Shown: positions 8,588-19,100 of the stretch, piece after piece
Position numbering within the stretch: position 1 is the stretch's first letter
How the letters are laid out: each line of letters starts with the position of its first letter
Assembly: GCA_964559945.1 (NCBI GenBank)
Contig: CAZLJY010000002.1
Location: 7,856-71,855, forward strand
DNA length: 64,000 bases
DNA from: an uncultured Gammaproteobacteria bacterium
Lineage (GTDB): Bacteria > Pseudomonadota > Gammaproteobacteria > Xanthomonadales > SZUA-38
Reading direction: 5' to 3'
The notes under the pieces: model-generated
What the model saw: the letters and a program-made list of their open reading frames with translations, nothing else
Databases searched by the model: none
Told to the model about the DNA's origin: nothing
Translations under genes and position numbers: made by a program

Positions 8588-8979
8588 GTTTTCAAAGGCC
8601 CCCTAAGCCTAAACGCGCCCTATAGTACCTTATAGGCATAGGGCAACCTGTAAACAACTGTGGTTAGACAATTGTCAGTAACGCGATGGCATTTTAGCCT
8701 GCTATCACATCTCAACGATTGTCGAGATGTCCGCGTTCGGGTTGAACAGTACTATAAGACATCGTTTCTAGCCTCCCCCTGATGCCAACGATGTGTTCGA
8801 CCCGGACGCGTTTTCACCTACTTGCCCCCCACTGGTCCATACATACCTACCGCTCGTCGATAAACACGCCCAAAACCGTTAACGATCATCGGGCTTTGAT
8901 GATGGCACTGCCATTGACAGAAATAATTGTATAAGGTGCGAAACGCCACCGGATTTCAGGCTAAAAAACGAGCGTAAAA
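8588..8979. promoter_or_regulatory. 392-bp divergent control region between the GTPase/phosphorelay operon and the barrel/giant-protein operon
   Basis: It is non-coding. The inverted repeats are CCTATA-N6-TATAGG (8619-8636) and ACATCTC-N10-GAGATGT (8707-8730). A minus-strand TTGTTT-N17-TATAAG candidate promoter overlaps the first palindrome. Confidence 0.4.
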
Positions 8980-10149
8980 ATGCGACATTTTTCCTTATTT
9001 ATTATGACGTTAGGGCTTTTCGCCTTATTCCAAGCTGGGGCCCAAGAACAGGCCATTAATATTGGCCGTATTCAGCTGTATCCGACCTTCGGAGCAGCCC
9101 TGGGTTATGACGATAACTTAGCGTTAAGCCGGTCAAACCCGATTAGTTCACGGTATCGTTTGCTCGAGCCTGGTATCCGCGCTGATTTGAACGGCCAAAA
9201 CCATCAATTTCGCGCCCAATATCGGATTTCCGATGCGAGCTTCTCGGACTCCGCAAGAGACGATTTCACCGATCAGTTTTTGGATTTGAGTTGGCGATAT
9301 ACCCCTACCATTCGATCTGATCTGACGCTCAGCGCTCGCTGGCACGAATCCCATGATCGTCGCGGCGAGGGCCTGCGAGAGAATTTCATTAATACCCTTG
9401 ATCGAGATGTTGATGAATTTCGGGATACGGGACTGGGATTGCGCTATACCCATGGCGCACCTGGCGCCCGAGGGCGGCTGGCGTTGTTTGCCGACGCCGG
9501 CGACAAACGATATGACAATAACCGAGATTTCACCGCTGCCGGCGACTATGACAGCTTCCGCTATGGCGGAGAATTCGGCTGGCGGGTAGGCGCCAGAACA
9601 ACCGCCATTTTACAGGCCAGTCAGACCGACATTAATTATGACCTCAGCGATCGCGATGCAGAACAACGGCAGCTGGCCGTAGGTGTGCTGTGGGATGGCG
9701 CTCCCCAATCCGATGCGCGGATTTTACTGGGTCGATTGAGTCGCTCACCAGATAGCGCCGATCAGCCAGATTTCTCCGGGGCATTTTGGGAAGCAGCTGT
9801 GAACTGGCGACCGGTAGAACGCTCCACATTTAGCCTAGTGACCAACCGTTCGACGGATGAAGCCTTCGGTAACGCGAGCTTCTTGGTTCGCGAGAGAATT
9901 GCACTGGGCTGGCGCCACCAGTGGCATGGCCGGCTTAGCACCGCACTGGATGTTGCGTTTGCCGACGAGAGCTTAAGACCAAGCGGGCGTGAGGATGACA
10001 TTGTGCAATATGGTGTTAGCGTCGATTACACCTTCAGACGTTGGCTATTGCTCGGGGCTGGTCTGCGCCATGTAGAGCGAGACTCTAACAACACTTTTTT
10101 TGACTACAGCCGAAATGAAATCTTGTTATCGGCCCAGCTAAGCCTGTAG
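8980..10149 (+). CDS. Outer-membrane beta-barrel protein (putative beta-barrel porin-2 / BBP2-like family)
   Basis: The signal peptide is MRHFSLFIMTLGLFALFQAGAQE. LYPTFGAALGYDDNL is an N-terminal strand motif typical of this family. Alternating aromatic/polar strands run to the C-terminus (NEILLSAQLSL). Confidence 0.65.
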   Translation: MRHFSLFIMTLGLFALFQAGAQEQAINIGRIQLYPTFGAALGYDDNLALSRSNPISSRYRLLEPGIRADLNGQNHQFRAQYRISDASFSDSARDDFTDQFLDLSWRYTPTIRSDLTLSARWHESHDRRGEGLRENFINTLDRDVDEFRDTGLGLRYTHGAPGARGRLALFADAGDKRYDNNRDFTAAGDYDSFRYGGEFGWRVGARTTAILQASQTDINYDLSDRDAEQRQLAVGVLWDGAPQSDARILLGRLSRSPDSADQPDFSGAFWEAAVNWRPVERSTFSLVTNRSTDEAFGNASFLVRERIALGWRHQWHGRLSTALDVAFADESLRPSGREDDIVQYGVSVDYTFRRWLLLGAGLRHVERDSNNTFFDYSRNEILLSAQLSL

Positions 10150-10167
10150 GCACTTAAAGGATTACCC

Positions 10168-13100
10168 ATGACGACTATTAAAAGGAATACAGGCACCTCC
10201 GCACTGCTTATGGCAGGCGGCTTGCTGCTAGGGACCGTCGCAGGCGCACTGGAAATACCGCCACCAGGGGACCCGTTTTTCATTCAAACCAACTCATCGG
10301 ACGCCGCCATTGGTCTTGGCGACTGGTACACCGCCAGCAACAACGGCGTTGGCGGTGGCTTTCACTACGTAGGCATATTCGTGCCCTGTGGCTGGCCGGT
10401 GGATCAAGAAATCCATATCGACTTGTTCAGTCCGGAAATGAATACCAACAATCCGGTTACCGATGAACCCAATAGCGGTGGATTAGGCACAACTACCTTT
10501 GAATTGTTTGGGGTTGGGACAACCGTCGCTAGCCCAGCAACCCCGGCGCCTGGTGCCGCGGGTTCGCTGTTGTCCATAGATTACCCGCCCAGCAGTGATC
10601 CCGAGCAGTGGATTCGGGCATTCACCCTGGGTGATGACGCTGGCGCAACGGCTCCCATCAGCTGCGGCCAATATGTGCTGCGCATTGGCTCAACCCAAGA
10701 TGATCAAAATGCTTGGCGACTGCGGGTAGGGTTCGACGATGACAACAACCCTAACAATGCATTTCCTCCCAACTGGGATGATTTAGACGGCGTTCCTGGG
10801 ACCGATGACGAACTGCTGGTGGGGCTTTATCAATACGCCTTTCAACAGAACTCCGGCGGTGTGCAGTGCAACACCTTATTTGAGTTTGTCGAGGAAAACT
10901 CTAGCTGCCCTAGTTCTCCGCCAACTCCTCCAGACAGTAATGTCTGCTTTAACAACTTTGACATGGACAACAACACCAGAGTCCGTTATTACCCGCCTCT
11001 GACCCCCCTGGACCCGAACGGGCTGATTGGAGGCGTTCCAGGCACCCTGTCAGGTAACGGTGTGTGGAATGGGGGAACTCAAACCACCCGAGGCGGTGAC
11101 GTCATTACCAACCCTGATGTGGGTTGGTGGGGCATTGTGACCTGCTTGTCTAACAACAATCAGCTGGCCCAAGATGCCCAGGAGAATGTTCCTCAATTTA
11201 ATCAAATCCCCCCTATTCCGGTGATTGAATTGTTGAAAGATGATGGAACAGTGGTTGCCAATGCTGGCGATACGCTGACCTACAACATCCGCTTTGAGAA
11301 CATTTCTGACGACGACCTACTGCCCGGCGCAGCCCGCAATTTGCAGTTAGTGGACACGCTACCGTCGGACGTGAGCTATGTATCTTGCGCCATCAACGCA
11401 CCCTTCAGCGGGGTTTGTAGCGAGTCCGGTGGAGTGGTGACTTATGACATCACTGAGACTGTATTGGCGGGAGACGTTGGAACCTTAAGCCTAGTGGTAA
11501 CGATTGACCCAGCGGCAACGTTTCCGTTTACCAACAACATCGTTGCGACCTACACCGATAGCTGGGAAGTAGGCACCTATACTGCCGAAGATGACGAAAC
11601 CACCTTTAGCGCGACGCCCCTTAGCCTGGTCAAAACCGTCGACACCCCCCTTGCCGCAGTGGGCGATGAGGTCAACTACACCTACACGATCACCAATATC
11701 TCTCCAGACCCGGTAGTGGTCATTGATCTGGTTGACGACAAAATTGGTACGTTCCAATTTCCCGAGCAATTTCCCAATGCAGTTGCGCTGTATGACTTCT
11801 CTCAAGGCCCAGACCCGGACATCGTACGCGATACCTCGGGATTTTTGTCTACGCTAGATTTAACCGTGGAAGCGCCGCCGGTGGTCTATGAACTGAACCC
11901 TGAGCGGATCGACATCAACACCTCCAACCGGATATCTAACGCCACCGACAACAATAAAATTGTTAGTGAATGCCAGGCCGAAGGCCAATTTGCTCTGGAA
12001 GCCTGGGTGCAGCCTCTTGGTGTTTTACAAGGTGGACCAGCACGAATTGTTCATTCATCCTTAGACGATGCCAATATCAATTTCAGCCTCTATCAAGACA
12101 ACGATCAATACGGTTTCTTCATTCGCACGCCGTCCAATACCGATCCAGTTAATGACATCGTACTCAATACCGCCCCGAGTTCTGTCAGCACCGACCTGAC
12201 CCATCTTTTGGTCGTGGTCTCGGCGACTGGCGATGCAACGCTATATCAAGATGGTGTGGTGTCAGCATCCGCTAACGTGGGCGCAACCAACAACTTCAGT
12301 AACTGGGATACCAGTTGGGATTTTGGCCTCGGCAATCAGTTCTCAGCGGCGCCAACATCAAGCGCGCAAGATTGGCAGGGGCAAATCTACAAAACTGCCA
12401 TTTACTGTGATGAAATTCGCCCAGAAGACGCGGGCAACCTCTTTAACCTTGGCAGTGAAAACGACCCTAGCGGCAACCGATTGCTAGAGCCCGGTGAGCA
12501 GGTGGTGCTGACTGCCCCCTACACAATTACCACCAGCGATTTCCCCGGCCCAGTGGTCAACATCGCTGAGGTGCGTGGCCTTACTGCCGGCGATCTTAGC
12601 TTTACCGTCACAGACACTGAGTCCGTCGACATCGATACCCAAGCGCTGGAGCTGACCAAGCAATCGGATGCCACCGGCGAGGTGGTCCCTGGGCAAATTA
12701 TCACTTACACCTTGACCGTCACCAATACCGACAGCATCACCCACACCGGTCTAACCGTGGTAGATCCCTTGCCTGCTGGCACGAGCTACGTCCCACAGTC
12801 CACCCAGGTTCAAGGACGGCGCGCACAAGTCATCGACTATCGGGACAACTTTAACGACACGCCAGTCACCTATTCTGGATCCAGTGGGGCGACACCCTGG
12901 GCCGGAAGCTGGATCGAGCTGGATAACGGTGCCAGCGATGGCCCGGCCGCAGGTGAGGTATTCATAAGCGGCGGCGAACTCCAGTTTGATCAGCCCGATT
13001 CTGCCGACGATACGGACTTTGACACCCTCCAACGGGCGGCTGATCTGAGCGGTGCCAGCAGCGCAAACCTCACCTTTGACTTCGACTTCGATGGCGCAAC

Positions 13101-16100
13101 CGAAGACTGTGATGGCGCTCTGGGCGCTGATGATTGCCTGTTTGCGGAAGCGTCCAATGACGGCATCAATTGGACCACTCTGGATACACTCGGTGGCGAG
13201 CCTGACAACAACAATGGCACCCGCACCGTTGCTATACCTGCCGGCCTTGTGGGCGCCACCACCCAAATTCGTTTTAGAGCTCTGGGCTTTCGCGGTGGCG
13301 ATGAAAACGTCAGCGTCGATAATGTTGTGGTTTCTGCATCGCTGACCGGGCCGGTGAGCTTAGACAATGTTCCGGGCGGCGCTAACGATTTGGACGATGG
13401 GGTACCCCAGGATCTGGTCACAACAAACGACAACCTGATTCTCAACCCGAATGAATCCATGACGGTTACCTTTCAAGTGCAAGTGGATGATCCGCTGAAC
13501 TCCAATATCGTGGCCATTCGTAATTTGGCGTCCGCTGACTCAGACCAAGGCACCCCCGCGGTGGCTGAAGTGCTGGATCCGGTGCGACCGCTGGGTGGGC
13601 AGATTGGCGATTCTGTTTGGCTGGATGCAGATGCTGATGGCATCTTCGATTTAGGTGAAGCGGGTCTTGCCAATGTTGTGGTAGAACTCATTGACCCCGC
13701 CGATGGATCAGTCATTGCAACCACAACGACCGACCTCACGGGCCGCTATCTATTCCCCAACTTGCCTGCTGGCGACTACGATGTAAGAGTCGACACAAGC
13801 ACCCTACCTGCTGGGCTGGTTGCCGGCCCCGGCAACAACAACCCCGCCGGTACGTTTACCATCACTGGCGCTGAACAATTCAACAATGCCGATTTCGGTT
13901 ATGTCACCACTCCTGGCGACGCCATCATCGGCGACAGCGTATTTTCTGACACCGACGGGGACGGCCTGCAGGACCCTGGCGAGGCCGGTTTTGGCGGCGT
14001 AACCGTAGAGTTGCGCGATGCCCTCACCGGTGCGGTGATTGCCACCACCACCACTGGCCCAGACGGTCGCTATCTGTTCACTGGAGTCGCCCCAGGCACC
14101 TATGTAGTGAACGTTACGGATACGGGCAACGTCCTGGCCAACGCCAGCAGCACCACCGGTGGCAATGAGTCTGCGCCGGTATCAGTAGGTGCAGGGGACG
14201 TCATCACCGATGTTGACTTCGGTTATCTGGATCCGTTTACCTTCAGTCTGACCGACGACGTGTGGTTTGATGCAGACGGCAATGGCCTTCGTACCAGTAA
14301 CGAAAGCGGTATCAGCGGGGTTAGCGTGAGTCTGCTTGACGCCGCTGGCAACGTGGTTGCCACCACCATCAGCGGAGCCGACGGTTCAGTGACATTCTCT
14401 GGTTTGCCCAACGGCGACTATCAACTGGCTCTTACAGACACCCAGGGCCGGCTGACTGGCTTTGGCGCCACAACCCCTGGCGCGGTCAATCGCTCGGCGA
14501 CTAACACCATTAACAACAGCGACGCCAGTGGTCGCAACTTCGGCTTCAATCTGCCCGGACTCGTCGGCAACGAAGTGTTTTCCGACGCCAACGGCAACGG
14601 CATCTTGGATCCTGGCGAAGTATTGATTCCGGGGGTTGATCTATCCCTGTTCGTCGACGACGGCGATGGTGTGTTCGATTCCACTGTCGATACATTGGTC
14701 AATTCAGACCAAACCGACTCCGGCGGTATCTACGACTTCCGCGGGTTGGCGTTCTCCCAGTACTTCGTCTCTCTGGATACTACCCAGCCAGAGTTGGCCG
14801 GTGCTACCTTGACCACCGGCGACTCACAAACTGGTGGTAACGCTGGCGGCGCGCAAATCGATGTCACCTTAAGCGGTGGTAACGGCGGCGTATTAACCGC
14901 CGATTTCGGATTCCTGAATTCCGCCCTGCCAGATCTCAGCGGCAATGTCTTTGAAGATCTGGACCGAGACGGCGTAGACGATGGCGTAGCCGAAGCGGGC
15001 TTCGCGGGCGTCACCATCGAACTGATTGCTGCAGGTCCTGATGGTGTGCTGGGAAGCGCCGATGACCTGGTGGTGGCTACCGCTCTCACCGACGCCAATG
15101 GCGACTATGAGTTTGTCGACGTACCGCCAGGCGACTACCGCCTTGCTGTCACCGATCGCAGCCAGGTTCTCACTGACTTTGGATTGACCAGTGGCTTAGA
15201 TCAGCTGGATCTGACAGTCGCCAACAGCGATATCAACGATCTAGACTTTGGCTATGCCCGAGCCTTTGGCGATGCCAGCCTGGGAGACTTGGTGTGGCTG
15301 GATGCCAATGGCAATGGCATCAACGAAGCGGGAGAAAACGGTATACCCGGCGTCACCCTGAACCTTTTTGACGCCGGCCCAGACGGCGTCATCGGCGGCG
15401 GTGATGACGTGTTGATTGCCAACACGGTTACCGATCAATTGGGCGGATTTGATTTCAAGAACCTGCCAGCGGGTCGCTACTACGTAGATGTTGACGACAG
15501 CACGATTCCACCAGGCTTAACTTTGAGCCCTGGCCTTACGGACCCCAGTGCTGTGGTTGCTCTGGGCGCCGGCGATAACAACGACACCTTGGAATTCGGT
15601 TACCGTCCAACCCCTGGCACCGCCTATATCGGCGATCAGGTTTGGATCGACGCTAACGGCAATGGTGAATTTGATCCTGGTGAAGCTGGCCTTCCTGGGG
15701 TTACCGTTGACCTGGTTGGTGCCGGGGCGGATGGCCAGTTAGGCACCGCAGACGACCTTACCCTTAGCACCGTCACCGATGGCGATGGAACCTACGCCTT
15801 CGACGGTCTGCCCCCAGACACCTACGCAGTCACGGTGAACACTGGCAGCCTGCCCGCAGGCTTCAATACCACGCCAACCAACGCTCAGGAAACCTACCAG
15901 CTGGTCGCTGACGCGGATACGGCCTACGTGCTGCTGGACTGGGGTTTTCAGCCCCAAACGCCATTGGCGTCATTGGGCGACCGAGTCTTCATCGACAACG
16001 ACGGCGATGGTGTACAAGATGCCGATGAGAGTGGACTTGGCGGGCTCACTATTGACTTACTGGGCCCCGGTCCAGACGGCATCTTCGGTACCGCAGATGA

Positions 16101-19100
16101 TGTGGTACTAGCCTCTACTGTGACCGACGGCAACGGGGACTACGATTTCACCGGACTGAATCCCGGCGATTATCGTGTCTCATTGACCGATACCGCAGGC
16201 GTATTGACAGGGCTCAACCCCACGACCGTCAACCCAGGCACAGTAACTTTAGCTGCCGGACAGGATTTTGATGACGCCGACTTTGGCTTCTTCCCAGCCT
16301 CCAGCTTAGGCTCGGTGGGCGATCTGGTGTTCCACGACGTCAATGGCGATGGCGTTCGCCAACCCAATGAATCAGGCATCGAGTCAGTGCTAGTGGAGCT
16401 ATGGTTGGACACCGACAACGACGGCGTGATTACGCCAGGCGTCGATAACCTGGTGCGCAGCACTCGCACCGACGTTAACGGTGAGTACGAATTCGGTGGG
16501 GTTACGCCGGAAGACTACCTGGTGCGCCCAGCGCCTCAGAACTTCCAATCAGGCGGCGTCCTGGAGGGCACCAATGCCACTTCTGGCACCGCAGGTAGCA
16601 ACAACAACGCTCAGGCTATACCGCTGCCACTATCCGTTGACTCGGGCAACCTGAATCCCAACTTCGCCGACTTTGGCGTCAATGCTCCGGCGCCCTTCAG
16701 CCTGGCAGGCACGGTGTTTGAAGACATCAGCAACGATGGCTTTGACCAACCCGGTGAACCTGATGTTGGCGGCGTTACCGTTCTGCTGTTTAGAGATCTG
16801 GACGGCGACGGTTTGCTGGGCCCCAATGATCCGGTTTTCGGCATGGCGACCACCGACGCCGACGGCGACTACCTGTTCGATAATCTGCCCCCTGGGGACT
16901 ACTTGGTCAGCACTGACGTGATCGGCTCGCGCCTTGCTGGCTACTTCCAGACCACCCAGACGGTATCACGCGGAGTGGAACCGGTTACCGGCAATAGCGG
17001 CGACACCATCACAGAAGTTGACTTCGGCTTTTTCAATGGTGGCCTCACAACAACGCCAGTGACCCTGTCCTATTTCCGCGCGACACCGGAAAAAGGTGGG
17101 CTTCGTGTCCAGTTCGCCACGGCAACAGAGACTGGCAATATCGGTTTTGCCATCCACCATCGCAGCGCCAATGGCGCCATCAAGCGGGCCGCTCCTATGA
17201 TGGCCTCCAAGGTGGTTGATTCGACCCAATGGCAATCTTACGAGACCTTCCTGACTGGAAGTTCGGCGACCAAATTGTGGCTCAGCGATATTGACACCCG
17301 CGGGGTAGAAACCCTGCACGGGCCGTTCGAATTGAATCGGGACTACGGCAATAGCCAGCCTCCGCAGCCCATCAACTGGCAAGCGATTCGCGAACAAAAT
17401 TCCCAGACGCTTTTGGCCAAGACTGCTCGCAAGGGCGATAGCAACACCTCATCGGTAGATCTCACCATCACCGAGTCTGGGATCGCTAGAGTTAGCGCAG
17501 ACCAACTCACCAGTGCTGGATTAGACCTAACCGCTGTCAGCGGCTCCGAATTGGCACTGAGTGTGAATAACGAGCATGTAGCGGCTCGGGTCAGCACTGA
17601 TGGACTGTTCGGATCAGGCGACTTTGTCGAATTCCTGGCCGAAACTCGCGATAGCCTTTATGGCTCTGACAATGTCTACCAATTGACTGTCAATCCGGTT
17701 GCCGCTCAGCGGGTGCAGGTTAACAGCGAGTTGCCGCAGAACCTGGATCCTCAAATCACCGAAACTGCGCTGGTGACATTAGCGGAAAATAACGAGTACA
17801 GCTTTGCCTCCCCCACCGGCGACCCCTGGTTTATGGAAGGTATCCTCGCCTTCACCGATGAAGTTGAGGCCAGTTATGACCTCTCATTGGACGGTTACTC
17901 TGGTGGCAGTGCCAATTTAACCGTTGATCTGTGGGGCGTTACCGACCTCCCCGAGAGCCCGGATCACCATATTCAGGTTCTGGTTAACGGCCAACAGGTC
18001 AGCGAGCTATTTCTAGACGGTTTGAGCCAGGGCCAAATCAACGTTCAGGTACCCCAGACGGAGCTGGTTGACGGCATCAACACCGTCACCGTTCGATTGC
18101 CAGCAGATACTGGCGCTCAGTTTGACCTGGTTAACGTTGAAGCCATATCAATGAGCTACCAGCGGGCACCAAGAATCGATGGCGGAACCGGCAACGTGGG
18201 CGTAAGCAATAACGCATCGCCACTGAGTCTCCATCCCGACACTCTGTTCGCCAGTTCTTTTGAGGTCTTGCCAGGAGCGTCATTCTCGGTCTCCGGTCTG
18301 ACCAGTAACGATGCGGTGGTTTACGCCGAAACCGACGCAGGTCCGGTCTGGATGCAAAACGCTCGGACTTCCGCTAACGGCTCTGACATCACCCTGGACG
18401 TGCCAGGGGTGCCCGGAGCTAATGGGTTTGTCATTAGCCAACTGGATTCACTGGTAGAAGTCTCCGTCAGCCCGACCCGGTTGAACAACGAGCTTCTCAG
18501 TGATCCTGCGGACTACCTAATGATTGCTCACCCGGTGTTTGTAGATGCCATCGAACCGCTGGCTCAATTCCACCGCGATCGGGGCTTAACCGTTCGGGTA
18601 ATCAACGTGAACGACATTTACGCCCAATATTCAGCGGCCCAGATTGATGCTAACGCCATCGACAGTTTTATCGCTGATGCTGTTCCGGCACTGGATACCC
18701 GCTTCGTGTTGCTGGTGGGTGGTGATTCCTACGATTACCACAATTACCTTGAGATGGGATCACTGAGCTTTATCCCATCGCTGTACGGCCAGGTCCATGC
18801 AGTGGTTCGCTATGCACCCCTAGATGCTTTGTACGCCGATATCGACGACGACCAAGTGCCTGACGTGGCCCTTGGCCGATTCCCAGTGCGCACTGTTCAA
18901 GAGTTAAACTTCATGATCAACAAGACCGTACAGTACGCGTCCAAAACGTATTCTCGTCAGGCAGTGTTTGCCGCCGACGAAGCGGAACCGTTAACACCCT
19001 TCGGCGCCATCAGCGACGACGTGATCGATAGTTTGCTCAGCAACTGGTCAGTAACCCAAAGCTATTTGGACAACGTATCTCCGGCCCAAGCCACCCAGGA

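Noticed and set aside
8914-8935. TTGACA ... TATAAG as the promoter of the barrel/giant operon
   Set aside because: The spacer between the two hexamers is only 10 nt, which is incompatible with sigma70 geometry.
13594-17043. Asp/Gly-rich DxDGDG motifs considered as RTX repeats implying type I secretion
   Set aside because: The motifs sit inside ~110-aa SdrD-B-type units, not GGxGxDxUx nonapeptide runs. The protein has an N-terminal Sec signal, and no ABC/MFP/TolC genes are adjacent.
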